Shown: positions 50,516-59,805 of the stretch, one piece after another | Position numbering within the stretch: the stretch's first letter is position 1 | Layout of the letters: every line of letters starts with the position of its first letter | Origin: Flavobacteriales bacterium | GTDB taxonomy: Bacteria > Bacteroidota > Bacteroidia > Flavobacteriales_F > PHOS-HE28 | Length of the DNA stretch: 64,000 bases | Reading direction: 5' to 3' | Assembly: GCA_016788485.1 (NCBI GenBank) | Contig: JAEUSV010000165.1 | Location: 15,205-79,204 of the forward strand | Notes under the pieces: model-generated | The model's input: the letters and a program-made list of their open reading frames with translations, nothing else | What the model was told of the DNA's origin: nothing | Database searches by the model: none | Program-made: the position numbers and the translations under genes

Positions 50516-52186
50516 CTATCTCCCCTTCAGCAGCTCCCGCGCATTCTCCAGCGCGGCCTGGGTGGTCTTGCGGCCGCTGAGCATCTGGGCCAGCACCTGC
50601 ACACGTTCCTCGGCGTGCACCGGGCGGATCCGAGTGGTCACCACCTCGGCCGCGTGGTCCTTGCTCACCAGCAGGTGCACGTCGGCCTTGCTGGCGATCT
50701 GGGGCAGGTGCGTGATGGCGATCACCTGGCGCTTGCGGCCCATGCGGGCCATGAGCTCGCCCACGCGGTCGGCCACCTCGCCGCTCACGCCGGTGTCGAT
50801 CTCGTCGAAGACCACCGTGGGCAGGCCGAGGCTTTCGGCGCTGAGGCCGATGAGGGCGAGCATCACGCGGCTCAGTTCGCCGCCGCTGGCCACCTTGTCC
50901 AGGGGCTCGGGCGCGCGGTCCCTGTTGGCGCTGAAGAGGGCGCGCACGGCGTCGGTGCCATGGGGCCCGGGCTCGGTGGCCTGGTGCGTGATCTCGAAGC
51001 GCGCATGCGGCATGCCCAGCTTCTTCAGCTGCACCACCACCTCGGTGCTGAGCTCGGGGATGGCCTTGCGGCGGGCGTTGCTGATGCGTTCGGCGGCGGC
51101 GAGCAGGTGCTGGCGCATGGAGGCCTCCTGCCCTTCCAGCTCCGCGATGCGCCCGGAAAGCGAGCCCATGCGCGTGGTGCGGGCGCGCAGGTCCTCGCGC
51201 AGTGCGAGCAGCGCGGCGGTGTCCTTGGCGCGGTGCTTCTGCTGCAGCCGCAGCAGCAGGTCGAGGCGCTCGCGCATGCGTTCGGCGGCGCGCGGGTCGA
51301 GCGTAACGCCGGCGGCCAGGCGTTCGGCCTCGGCACCGATGTCCTTCAGTTCGATTGCCACGGTGGTGAGCCGCGTGAGCAGCTCGTTGGCCCCCGCATC
51401 GTGGCGTGCTGCGCGACCCAGCTGCTGGCGCAGCGCGGCGAGGGCGTGGAGCAGCCCCTCGTCGCCGGCGATGCCCTGGTCGGTGGCCTGCAGCGCCTGC
51501 TGGATCTCGCCGGCGTGCTCGGCGCGCTCCAGGTCGGCCTCGAGCGCCTCCTGCTCCCCTTCCTTCAGCTGGGCCTGGTCGAGCTCATCGAGCTGGAAGG
51601 CGAGGTAGTCGAGCTCGGCGCGGCCGCGGGCCTCCTCCTCACGCACCCGTTCCAGCTCATCGGCCACGGCGCGCCAGGCGCGGAAGTCGGTGCGGTAGGC
51701 GGCCACGGCCTTGGACTGCCCGGCGACGTGGTCCACCAGCCCGAGCTGGAAGCGCGCATCGTTGAGCAGCAACGTGTGGTGCTGGCTGTGCACGTGGATC
51801 AGGCGTTCGCCGAGCTCGCGCAGCTGCTCGAGCCGCACGGGCGTGTCGTTCACGAAGGCGCGACTGCGCCCACCGGTCCCCGGGCTTGCCCCCGGGTCGA
51901 GCTGGCGCCGGATGATCAGCGGGTCCTCGTAGGGCACGCCGGCCGCCTCGCACCAGGCCTCGAGCCCCAGGCCCTTGACGGCCACCTCCAGCTCGATGAT
52001 GCAGCGTTGCTCCGGATCGCGCGCCAGACCGGCATCGGCCCTGCCGCCCATGGCCAGCCCGAAGGCCCCGATGAGGATGCTCTTGCCGCTGCCCGTTTCA
52101 CCGGTGATGATGGTAAGCCCGTCACCGAGGTCGAGCTCCAGGCGGTCGATGAGCAGGTAATTGGTGATCGAAAGGCGCTTCAGCAT
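50516..52186 (-). CDS. recN: DNA repair protein RecN
   Basis: MLKRLSITNYLLIDRLELDL, Walker A GETGSGKS, long coiled coil, signature ASGGELSRVMLAL, Walker B PTVVFDEID. Confidence 0.93.
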   Translation of the reverse strand: MLKRLSITNYLLIDRLELDLGDGLTIITGETGSGKSILIGAFGLAMGGRADAGLARDPEQRCIIELEVAVKGLGLEAWCEAAGVPYEDPLIIRRQLDPGASPGTGGRSRAFVNDTPVRLEQLRELGERLIHVHSQHHTLLLNDARFQLGLVDHVAGQSKAVAAYRTDFRAWRAVADELERVREEEARGRAELDYLAFQLDELDQAQLKEGEQEALEADLERAEHAGEIQQALQATDQGIAGDEGLLHALAALRQQLGRAARHDAGANELLTRLTTVAIELKDIGAEAERLAAGVTLDPRAAERMRERLDLLLRLQQKHRAKDTAALLALREDLRARTTRMGSLSGRIAELEGQEASMRQHLLAAAERISNARRKAIPELSTEVVVQLKKLGMPHARFEITHQATEPGPHGTDAVRALFSANRDRAPEPLDKVASGGELSRVMLALIGLSAESLGLPTVVFDEIDTGVSGEVADRVGELMARMGRKRQVIAITHLPQIASKADVHLLVSKDHAAEVVTTRIRPVHAEERVQVLAQMLSGRKTTQAALENARELLKGR

Positions 52187-52248
52187 GACGGGAACGGCGG
52201 CACGGCGGTGCGCGCCAAGATAGAAGCGGGTGCGGTGCCGTCCAGCGC

Positions 52249-53163
52249 TCAGTTGGAGCGCATGAGGTTCTGGTAGCGGGCGATGTTGCCCGGGTCGATC
52301 ACCGACACGGTGTTGATGAGCTTGGTCTTGTCGGCCGGGTCGGCGGGCTTGAAGACCTCCACCAGCTCGTTGCCCTTGGCGTTGAACACCACCTGCATGT
52401 TGTAGCTGGCGGGCTTGGCCTGATGCACGGTCTTGAGCTTGTCGATGGCGGCGAGCATGTTCTTGCGCGCGGTGGACGGGTCCTTGGCCAGGATGTCCAT
52501 GCCGTTGATGTGGTAGTTGTAGAGGAACTCGCGCAGCGGGCGGAACACGGCCTGCTGCTGGTTGTCGAGCAACCAGTAGCGGTTCTTCTGGTCCTCGAAG
52601 GCCTTCCAGCCGGGCTCGGAGGTGTTCTGCGCGTTGTTCACCACCTGCTGGGCGATGTTGTAGAACTCGCTCCCGCCCATGCTCTTGAAGGTGTCGGCGT
52701 CCACCCCGAGCAGGAAATAGGCATAGAAGCCCACGATGCTCGCCAGGTTATTGGTGAAGCGGTCCGGGCTGAACTCGATCTGGGTGTTCTCCAGGAACTG
52801 GAACTCGACGTTCTGGTCGAGGATGTCCATCACCGGGCTCAGGTAGTCGGTGCCATACACCGGACGGCTGTACGACACTTGCAGGGTGCCCTTGAAGCGG
52901 TCGGCTGATGGCTGCTCGTTGATGGTGAGCAGGAGGTTCACATCGAGGCGCTCGGTCTGCGTGTAGTTGTAGTTGGTGAAGCGCCGCGTGTTCATCAGCT
53001 GGGTGATGGCGGTCTCCAGGCTCTGCCAGATGCGCTTGGGGGTGCTCTGGATCTGCGGGGCGATCACCTGCACCTTGGCGTTGAACTCCTGGGTACGGCC
53101 AGGGGTCAGGACCAGGAACAGGACCAGCAGCAAGGGGACGCGCAGGAAAAGGGCTTTACGCAT
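52249..53163 (-). CDS. DUF4835 family protein (labelled T9SS-associated PorD in some annotations)
   Basis: 304 aa with a signal peptide. N-terminus QEFNAKVQVIAPQIQSTPKRIWQSLETAITQLMN. It occupies the conserved position between coaBC and recN. The family name is recalled, not searched. Confidence 0.75.
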   Translation of the reverse strand: MRKALFLRVPLLLVLFLVLTPGRTQEFNAKVQVIAPQIQSTPKRIWQSLETAITQLMNTRRFTNYNYTQTERLDVNLLLTINEQPSADRFKGTLQVSYSRPVYGTDYLSPVMDILDQNVEFQFLENTQIEFSPDRFTNNLASIVGFYAYFLLGVDADTFKSMGGSEFYNIAQQVVNNAQNTSEPGWKAFEDQKNRYWLLDNQQQAVFRPLREFLYNYHINGMDILAKDPSTARKNMLAAIDKLKTVHQAKPASYNMQVVFNAKGNELVEVFKPADPADKTKLINTVSVIDPGNIARYQNLMRSN

Positions 53164-54370
53164 GGGGCATCAGGGCTTCAACACGGTCCAGGATGCGTTG
53201 CGCCACCTGGGCCTTGCTCAACAACGGCAGCGCTTCGGGATCCGTGTCCCGGCCGATCAAGGTCACGCGGTTGGTGTCATGGCCGAACCCCGCCCCATCG
53301 TCGCGGAGGGAGTTCAGCACCACCAGGTCGAGGTTCTTGCGCATCAGCTTGCCGCGGGCGTGTTCGAGCTCGTTGTCGGTCTCTAGGGCGAACCCGACCA
53401 ACAGCTGGCCGCCCTGCTTGTGGGCGCCCATCCAGGCCAGGATGTCCTCGGTGGGCTCCAAGGTAAGTGCCTCCAGGGCGGTGCCCTTCTTGAGCTTGGC
53501 GGCCGCGGGGTTTGCAGGGCGCCAGTCGGCCACGGCGGCGCTGGCGATGGCCAGGTCGCAGGTGGGGAACAGGGCTTTGCAGGCCGCTGCCATCTCGGCC
53601 GCGCTCACCACATCGGTGCGGTGGATACCGGCACGGTCAGTGAGCAGGGCCACGGGGCCGGTAACGAGCTCTACGCGGGCGCCGCGCAGGGCGGCCTCCT
53701 CGGCCAGGGCGAAGCCCATCTTGCCGGTGCTGCGATTGCCGATGTAACGCACGGGGTCGATGGCCTCCTGGGTGCCGCCTGCGGTCAGGAGCATCGTGCG
53801 GCCGGCCAGCTTCGAGGGACCGATAAGGGCTTGTTGCAGCGCTTCGACCAGGGCCTCGGGCTCGGTCATGCGCCCCTCGCCCACCAGCCCGCTCGCCAGT
53901 TCACCGCGCTCCGGGCCGATGGTACGCACGCCACGCTCCTTCAGCGCGGCCAGGTTGGCCTGCACACCGGCATCGCGCCACATCTCCAGGTCCATGGCGG
54001 GCGCCACGAACACAGGGCATTCGGCACTGAGGTAGCAGGCCAGCAGCAGGTTGTCGCACAGGCCGCGCGCCATCTTGCCCAAGGTGTTCGCGCTGGCCGG
54101 GGCCACCAGCATCACATCGGCCCAGCGGGCCAGGTGCACGTGGTCGTTCCAGCGGCCACTGCCGTCGCGGGCGAACAGGTCGGTGAGCACCGGCCGACGG
54201 CTCACGGTGGCAAGGGCCAGGGGCGTGACGAAATCGTGGGCGGCAGGGGTCATCACCACCTGCACCTCGGCACCCGCCTTCACCAGGGCGCGTACGAGCG
54301 CGGGCGCCTTGTACGCGGCGATGCCGCCGGTGACTCCGAGCAGCACCTTGCGCGGTAGCGCGGTAGCCAT
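53156..54370 (-). CDS. coaBC: Bifunctional phosphopantothenoylcysteine decarboxylase / phosphopantothenate-cysteine ligase
   Basis: The track start at 54376 is GTG, so I prefer ATG 54370 (MATALPRKVLLGVTGGIAAYK flavoprotein motif). CoaB half with ITAGGTQEAIDPVRYIGNRSTGKMG. Confidence 0.93.
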   Translation of the reverse strand: MATALPRKVLLGVTGGIAAYKAPALVRALVKAGAEVQVVMTPAAHDFVTPLALATVSRRPVLTDLFARDGSGRWNDHVHLARWADVMLVAPASANTLGKMARGLCDNLLLACYLSAECPVFVAPAMDLEMWRDAGVQANLAALKERGVRTIGPERGELASGLVGEGRMTEPEALVEALQQALIGPSKLAGRTMLLTAGGTQEAIDPVRYIGNRSTGKMGFALAEEAALRGARVELVTGPVALLTDRAGIHRTDVVSAAEMAAACKALFPTCDLAIASAAVADWRPANPAAAKLKKGTALEALTLEPTEDILAWMGAHKQGGQLLVGFALETDNELEHARGKLMRKNLDLVVLNSLRDDGAGFGHDTNRVTLIGRDTDPEALPLLSKAQVAQRILDRVEALMPHA

Positions 54371-54401
54371 GGTCACGGGTTGGGCCGGGGCAGCCCCGGG
54401 A

Positions 54402-54752
54402 TCACTTGGACTCCGGCAGGGCGGGCGTGTTGCCCTCCTCGGCGCGGCGCACCACCACCTTGCCCTCCATCAGCTCCTGGATCGCCAGGGTGCTGGGCTT
54501 GGGCATCTTCTCGTAGTGCTTGCTCAGTTCGATCTGCTCGCGGTTCTCGTACACCTCCTCGAGGTTCTCGCCGGTCACGGCGAACTCCTCCAGCTTGGCG
54601 CTCAGCTCGGTCTTGATCTCCGTGGCGATCTGGTTGGCGCGCTTGCCCAGCACGTGCACCGTCTCGTAAACGTTGCCCAGTTCCTTGTCCAGGTCGTTCA
54701 CGTCGCGGGTGATCGTGGTCTTGGCGGCGTTGATGCTGCGGGTGGTGCTCAT
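54402..54752 (-). CDS. rpoZ: DNA-directed RNA polymerase subunit omega (Bacteroidota type)
   Basis: 116 aa containing NVYETVHVLGKRANQIATEIK. It occupies the conserved position between bamD and coaBC, and its start overlaps the bamD stop by 4 nt. Confidence 0.78.
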   Translation of the reverse strand: MSTTRSINAAKTTITRDVNDLDKELGNVYETVHVLGKRANQIATEIKTELSAKLEEFAVTGENLEEVYENREQIELSKHYEKMPKPSTLAIQELMEGKVVVRRAEEGNTPALPESK

Positions 54753-55624
54753 GGTGTGTGTCTTTTCGTATGCCGCTCCTGAAGGTGGAGCAGGTCCTGG
54801 TGCAACCTGCGGGCCTCGTCCATGGAGGCGCTTTCCGGAAAAGCGTCCGCGAAATTATTGAAAGCGCGGATACCTTCAGCGGCCCTGTCGGCACGTTTCT
54901 GCTCCACGCTGTTCATGGCCAGGTCGTGATCGCTGCGCAGGATGGTGAGCAGGGCCTCCTCCCGATAGCGGCTGTTGGGCCATTTCCGGGCGAAGTTGCG
55001 CAGGGCCGTGCTGGCGCTCTCGTAGTTCCGCAGGCGGAAATACTGCTTGGCGTTCTCCCAGTCCTTGCGCTCCAACTTCCCACGCAGCTGGTCGATCAGC
55101 GTGTTGCAGCTGTCCTTCAGCGTGCTCATGGGGTAGAAGGCCAGGAAGTTCTGGAACTGGTCGATGGCGGCCTCGGTGTCGGTCTGGTCCAGCTCCCATT
55201 CGGGGCTGTTCTTGTAATAGCACAAGGCGCTGAGGAAAGTGCATTCCTCGGCGAACTGGCTCGTGGGGAAGGTCTTGGCGAAATTATCCAGGTAATAGCC
55301 CGCCAGGATATAGTCCTTGGAGCCATATATCGACTTGGCGTACAGGTAGTTGACCCGTTCGCTTCGGGCCGTACCGCGGCTCAGGGCGATCAGTTCTTCG
55401 AGCAGCGGCATGGCCCGGTCGTAATCGCCCTTGGCGAAGTACTTCTCGGCCACTTCGACCTTGTACTCGATGCTGTCGCTCTTGAGGGCCCGGTTGAAAT
55501 CGCTGCAGCCCGTGAGGCTACCGCTACCGCCCAGCCACAGCAGGGCCCACAGCGCCGCAACGGCCACCGGGAGCGCGCGGGACCAAGGCCTTCCGGCGCG
55601 GGTGACCAGTGTTTCGGGCTTCAT
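54749..55624 (-). CDS. bamD: Outer membrane protein assembly factor BamD
   Basis: Start chosen at ATG 55624 (MKPETLV...; lipobox LTGC). TPR-like YFAKGDYDRAMPLLEELI and FAEECTFLSALCYY, typical of BamD/YfiO. Confidence 0.85.
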   Translation of the reverse strand: MKPETLVTRAGRPWSRALPVAVAALWALLWLGGSGSLTGCSDFNRALKSDSIEYKVEVAEKYFAKGDYDRAMPLLEELIALSRGTARSERVNYLYAKSIYGSKDYILAGYYLDNFAKTFPTSQFAEECTFLSALCYYKNSPEWELDQTDTEAAIDQFQNFLAFYPMSTLKDSCNTLIDQLRGKLERKDWENAKQYFRLRNYESASTALRNFARKWPNSRYREEALLTILRSDHDLAMNSVEQKRADRAAEGIRAFNNFADAFPESASMDEARRLHQDLLHLQERHTKRHTP

Positions 55625-55700
55625 GCGGGGGCGCAAAGCTATCAACATCGCACGGGGATGAAGAACGGCCGCCGCGGGCAGGCTGGTATGAACGGTTGGT

Positions 55701-55708
55701 TACCTTTG
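55701..55708 (+). promoter_or_regulatory. Candidate -7 box TACCTTTG upstream of the alpha-oxoamine synthase gene
   Basis: Exact TAnnTTTG match 67 nt upstream of ATG 55776, in the 151-nt divergent spacer. Confidence 0.3.
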
Positions 55709-55775
55709 CCAGCGCTGGAAAAGGGGCCTTGGGGGCCCCGCCAAGCACCCGCGCCGGGGCATCGGCGACGAATCC

Positions 55776-57020
55776 ATGAACGACATCTTCGACAAGCTCC
55801 GCAAGGACCTGGGCCACATCGGCCGCCACGCCAAGAACAGCCACGGCTACTTCAGCTTCCCCAAGCTCGAGGGCGAGCTCGGCGCGCACATGACCTTCCG
55901 CGGCAAGCCCGTGCTGGTGTGGAGCCTCAACAACTACCTGGGCCTGGCCAACCACCCGGAGATCCGCAAGGTGGACGCCGAGGCCGCCGCGCAATGGGGC
56001 ATGGCCTACCCGATGGGCGCCCGCATGATGAGCGGCCAGACCAAGTACCACGAACAGCTCGAGAACGAGCTCAGCGCCTTCATGGGCAAGGAGGACACCT
56101 TCCTGCTGAACTACGGCTACCAGGGCTGCATGAGCGCCATCGAAGCGCTGTTGAGCCGCCACGACGTGCTCGTGTACGACAGCGAGTGCCACGCTTGCAT
56201 GATCGACGGCGCCCGCCTGCACATGGGCAAGCGCTTCGTGTTCCAGCACAACGACATGGCCAGCCTGGACAAGCAGCTGGAGAACGCCCGCAAGGTGGTG
56301 GAGCAGACCGGCGGAGGCATCATGGTGATGACCGAGGGCGTGTTCGGCATGGCCGGCGACCAGGGCAAGCTGAAAGAGATCGTGGAGCGTAAGGCCAAGT
56401 ACAACTTCCGCCTCTTCGTGGACGACGCCCACGGCTTCGGCATGATGGGCCGCGACGGTCGCGGCACCGCCGACGCGCAGGGCGTGCAGGACGGGGTGGA
56501 CATCTACTTCGGCACGTTCGCCAAGGCCATGGCCACCATCGGCGCCTTCGTGAGCGGGCCCGAGGACGTGATCATGTTCCTGCGCTACAACCTGCGCAGC
56601 CAGACCTTCGCCAAGAGCCTGCCCATGCCCATCGTCATCGGCGCCCTCAAGCGCCTGGAGATGATCCGCACGCGCCCCGAGTTCGCCGAGAAGCTCTGGA
56701 CCATCACCAAGGCCCTGCAGAGCGGACTGAAGGAGGCCGGCCTCGACATCGGTGTCACCAACAGCTGCGTGACCCCCGTGATGATGAAGGGCAGCATCCC
56801 CGAGGCCACCAACGTGGTGCTCGACCTGCGCGAGAACCACGGCATCTTCTGCAGCATCGTGGTGTACCCCGTGGTGCCGAAGGACGTGATCCTGCTGCGC
56901 CTGATCCCCACCGCCGTGCACACCATGGAGGATGTGGAACGCACCATCAACAGCTTCAAGGAGGTGAAGAAGAAGCTGGAGGCCGGCGCATACAAGGCCG
57001 AGCAGGTGGCCACGATCTGA
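55776..57020 (+). CDS. PLP-dependent alpha-oxoamine synthase (KBL/BioF/serine palmitoyltransferase family)
   Basis: 414 aa containing WSLNNYLGLANHPE and DDAHGFG. PLP-Lys motif FGTFAKAMA resembles the SPT-type GTFSKS. Confidence 0.88.
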   Translation: MNDIFDKLRKDLGHIGRHAKNSHGYFSFPKLEGELGAHMTFRGKPVLVWSLNNYLGLANHPEIRKVDAEAAAQWGMAYPMGARMMSGQTKYHEQLENELSAFMGKEDTFLLNYGYQGCMSAIEALLSRHDVLVYDSECHACMIDGARLHMGKRFVFQHNDMASLDKQLENARKVVEQTGGGIMVMTEGVFGMAGDQGKLKEIVERKAKYNFRLFVDDAHGFGMMGRDGRGTADAQGVQDGVDIYFGTFAKAMATIGAFVSGPEDVIMFLRYNLRSQTFAKSLPMPIVIGALKRLEMIRTRPEFAEKLWTITKALQSGLKEAGLDIGVTNSCVTPVMMKGSIPEATNVVLDLRENHGIFCSIVVYPVVPKDVILLRLIPTAVHTMEDVERTINSFKEVKKKLEAGAYKAEQVATI

Positions 57021-57036
57021 GCCGCACCGACCCACC

Positions 57037-57084
57037 GGAAGCCCCGGTATCCCGAAGCCTCGGGAGCCGGGGCTTCCCTTTTCC
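57037..57084 (+). terminator. Rho-independent-type terminator after the alpha-oxoamine synthase gene
   Basis: ggaagccccgg (57037..57047) pairs with ccggggcttcc (57067..57077), with an inner cccga/tcggg hairpin. It is followed by cttttcc. Confidence 0.55.
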
Positions 57085-57101
57085 AAGCGTAGCTTCGGGG
57101 C

Positions 57102-57542
57102 ATGTGGTGCGCGCCATGCGATGGACCCCGGCCAAGGCTGTGGTGGATACTAGGCGCCTCACTGGCCTGTCCGGCCTTCGCTCAATCGCCTTCCTGCGCG
57201 CTCTTCAAGCACGGCACCTTCACACAGCCCGGCGATGAGGCGGGTGCCGAGGTGCGCATCGTGCGGCGCGGCAACACCCAGAAGGAACGATCGGGCGATC
57301 ACCGGTCCTCCTACCGTGTACGCTGGACCGACGCCTGCACCTACCAGCTCTTCGACCGCAAGGTGACCCACGGCGAGGATCGACGCCCGGGCGCCACCAC
57401 CGACACGCTCACGGTGCACATCACGGACACGTGGGAGTTCGGCTACTCGTTCCGCGCCACCAGCAATTTCAGCGACCTCGAGGTGGTGGGCACCATGGAA
57501 CTGGTGCAGCCGAAGCTCGGCGGTGTTTCCTTCGGGCCATGA
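57102..57542 (+). CDS. Hypothetical secreted protein
   Basis: 146 aa with a signal-like N-terminus (LWWILGASLACPAFAQ). The stop overlaps the ATG of the GNAT gene. Confidence 0.5.
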   Translation: MWCAPCDGPRPRLWWILGASLACPAFAQSPSCALFKHGTFTQPGDEAGAEVRIVRRGNTQKERSGDHRSSYRVRWTDACTYQLFDRKVTHGEDRRPGATTDTLTVHITDTWEFGYSFRATSNFSDLEVVGTMELVQPKLGGVSFGP

Positions 57543-58060
57543 GCGCCCCCCCTCCTTCCTTCGCGCTGCGCCCCTGGCGAACGGACGACCTGCCCGACCT
57601 GGTGCGGTGGGCCGATGATGCCGACATCGCGTCGAACCTCACCAACACCTTCCCCCACCCCTACACCGAAGCGGACGGCATCGCCTTCCTCAACCGCTTC
57701 CGCAATGATGCCCCGGTGCGCGTGTTCGCCATCGTGGTCGATGACCATGCGGTGGGCTCGATCGGGGTGTTCCCGCAGGACGACATCTTCCACCGCAACG
57801 CCGAGCTGGGCTATTGGCTGGCGGCTCCCTTCCGCGGGCGTGGCATCGTTCCCGCCGCCATCCGCCAGGTGGTCGACTACGCCTTCCTCAGCTGGCCGCT
57901 TCACCGTGTGTTCGCGAGGCCGTTCGGCAGCAACCGGTCCTCGCAGCGCGCACTGGAGAAGGCCGGCTTCACGTTGGAAGCGCGCCTCGCCGGCACCATC
58001 GAGAAGAACGGGCGCATCGAGGACGAGCTCATCTATGCGGTGCGCAGGCCTTCACACTGA
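57539..58060 (+). CDS. GNAT family N-acetyltransferase (RimJ/RimL-like)
   Basis: Trimmed to MSAPPPSFALRPWRTDD at 57539. Contains AELGYWLAAPFRGRGIVPAAIRQVVDYAF and SNRSSQRALEKAGF. Confidence 0.85.
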   Translation: MSAPPPSFALRPWRTDDLPDLVRWADDADIASNLTNTFPHPYTEADGIAFLNRFRNDAPVRVFAIVVDDHAVGSIGVFPQDDIFHRNAELGYWLAAPFRGRGIVPAAIRQVVDYAFLSWPLHRVFARPFGSNRSSQRALEKAGFTLEARLAGTIEKNGRIEDELIYAVRRPSH

Positions 58061-58087
58061 ACGCAGCGGTGCTCGCGTTGGAGCGGT

Positions 58088-58615
58088 ATGAAACGCTGGC
58101 TGCGACGAGGCTTGGTGCTGGTGCTGCTCGTGGCGCTCGCCGGCATGCTGGTGCCCACCTCGTTCACGGTGCCCGTGCGTGGGGCCGACCGACGCAGCTA
58201 CGACCAGCGCAGCTATTGGTACCATCCGTGGGGCCGCAGCGTCACCCACAAGGGCGTGGACATCTTCGCCCGGGCGGGCACGCCGGTGGTGAGCGCCGAC
58301 CATGGCCTCGTGCTCTTCGCCGGGGAGAACGGCCGCGGCGGCAACGTGGTGCTGGCACTGGGCCCCGGCTGGCGGCTGCATTACTACGCCCACCTGCGCG
58401 AGATCATCGCGGCGCCAGGCGACCTGCTCGCGCCGGGCGAGGCCGTGGGCACGGTGGGCAGCACGGGCAACGCCGCCGGCAAGCCTGCGCACCTGCACTA
58501 CACCATCGGCACCATGCTGCCGCGCCCCTGGCTCGCCCGCAGCGGTCCGCACGGCTGGCGCCGCATGTGGTACCTGGACCCCACGCCCCTGTTGAACGCG
58601 GCGTGTGCGCCTTGA
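58088..58615 (+). CDS. M23 family metallopeptidase
   Basis: N-terminal TM segment. HxxxD (THKGVDI) and HxH (PAHLHY) zinc motifs. GSTGNAAG segment. Confidence 0.85.
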   Translation: MKRWLRRGLVLVLLVALAGMLVPTSFTVPVRGADRRSYDQRSYWYHPWGRSVTHKGVDIFARAGTPVVSADHGLVLFAGENGRGGNVVLALGPGWRLHYYAHLREIIAAPGDLLAPGEAVGTVGSTGNAAGKPAHLHYTIGTMLPRPWLARSGPHGWRRMWYLDPTPLLNAACAP

Positions 58616-58622
58616 ACCCGCG

Positions 58623-59261
58623 TCAGAACCGGAAGGTGAGCGACGCCTGCAGGGAGAAGCCCGTGGTGCTCAGCTCGGCCTCCACGGCCGAAAGATCGAC
58701 CGAACTGCCGCCCTTGCTGTACTCCGTAAGGTCGAGGGTGGAGCCCATGTAGCGCAGGTGGGCCTGCAGGCCGAGGTGCTCGCCGAACAGGAAGCCCACA
58801 CCGCTGCCCAGGCCGAAGAAGGGACCCGCATAGCGCGACTCCTCCTCCACTCCACCACTGGTGTCGTTGATGCGCAGGGTGCCGCTGCCGATCTGCAGGG
58901 AGCCGAACCAGGTGAACCGGTCGTTATTGATGATGTAGCCGCGCGGCTGGAAGCCGAAGAGCACGAGGCTGTTGCTGCGCGTGGCGTTGGAGTCGAGGTA
59001 GCTGCCGGGCTCGAGGAAGAGGCCCAGGCTCACCGGCTTGGCCACGCCGTACTGCACATCGATCGGAAAGAGCACCGTGGCAGCGCCATCGTTGTCCTCC
59101 ACCCGGATGGGCACACCGAGGATGGTGCTGGTCTGCACGTACTCCGTGCGGTGGCCGCCAACGGCCACGCCCAGGGCCACATGGAACGCCCCTTTCCGGT
59201 TGTATTGGGCGTGGGTGGCGAAGCAGGAGAAAAGCAGAAGGCCGAGGAACAGGTGGCGCAT
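58623..59261 (-). CDS. Putative outer-membrane beta-barrel protein
   Basis: Trimmed to MRHLFLGLLLFSCFATHAQ at 59261. Alternating beta-strand pattern ending in LQASLTFRF (C-terminal Phe). Confidence 0.65.
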   Translation of the reverse strand: MRHLFLGLLLFSCFATHAQYNRKGAFHVALGVAVGGHRTEYVQTSTILGVPIRVEDNDGAATVLFPIDVQYGVAKPVSLGLFLEPGSYLDSNATRSNSLVLFGFQPRGYIINNDRFTWFGSLQIGSGTLRINDTSGGVEEESRYAGPFFGLGSGVGFLFGEHLGLQAHLRYMGSTLDLTEYSKGGSSVDLSAVEAELSTTGFSLQASLTFRF

Positions 59262-59483
59262 GGGCGATGGTGTGGGGCAACGAAAGTGCGGGGCCGCGTT
59301 GGAACCCGCAAGCGTTTTCCGCGCCGCCTTCGCGAAGCACCTTCTTGGACCCCTACCGGGGCCTCCGGCCATGGCCCCGGCCTGCTCCCCCGCACGAACG
59401 GGCGCTGCGCACACGCCCCTTGCGGGGAAGGCTGATCTTGCACGGCCATGACAATGGGGCTGGCGCTCCGTGGCGACTTCATC

Positions 59484-59491
59484 TACCTTTG
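59484..59491 (+). promoter_or_regulatory. Candidate -7 box TACCTTTG upstream of the small ORF
   Basis: Exact TAnnTTTG match 93 nt upstream of ATG 59585. Confidence 0.3.
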
Positions 59492-59584
59492 ATGGACAGG
59501 TCATCCGCGAACCCTTTGCGGATGCCCCGTGTTCACCAGAAAACCAGCGGCCCGAACGACCTGCAACGTTCCCCGCCCTTGACG

Positions 59585-59788
59585 ATGGAGGACCAGACCA
59601 AGAAGATGGAAACGACCGAGAAGAACACCACGGTGGCACCGGAGGACCGCTCCTACGCCGGTTACTTCAGTGGTGGTGACCTCACCTTCGACCCCATGAA
59701 GGACCTGAACCTGCCCGGCAGCTACGACGAGGTGCTGACGCGGTTCCGGAAGCTCCAGGGCGAACGGGCCGTGGAAGTGTTGAACTGA
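59585..59788 (+). CDS. Hypothetical small acidic protein (67 aa)
   Basis: MEDQTKKMETTEKNTTVAPEDRSYAGYFSGGDLTFDPMKDLNLPGSYDEVLTRFRKLQGERAVEVLN. Host-like G/C-ending codons. A perfect stem-loop terminator follows it. Confidence 0.4.
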   Translation: MEDQTKKMETTEKNTTVAPEDRSYAGYFSGGDLTFDPMKDLNLPGSYDEVLTRFRKLQGERAVEVLN

Positions 59789-59805
59789 ACCGGCACAACG
59801 CGCTT

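Noticed and set aside
50505-51608. 367-aa Ser/Ala/Arg-rich plus-strand ORF
   Set aside because: It is antisense to recN. The extreme Ser/Ala/Arg bias is a frame artefact.
55524-57086. 520-aa minus-strand ORF. This stands for a group of similar long antisense ORFs: 32660..34594, 24557..25945, 36156..37190, 37292..38551, 46882..48606 and 50615..52276.
   Set aside because: All lie opposite confidently identified genes (alpha-oxoamine synthase, ABC exporter, DEAD helicase, parA, parB, the TPR/caspase-like protein and recN). All translate to low-complexity Ala/Gly/Arg/His/Val-rich sequence.
59262-59483. Long (about 320 nt in total) spacer between the barrel gene and the small ORF, examined for a riboswitch or sRNA
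   Set aside because: I found only short weak hairpins (for example atccgc...gcggat) and no resemblance to riboswitch cores I know. A covariance-model scan would be needed for any call.
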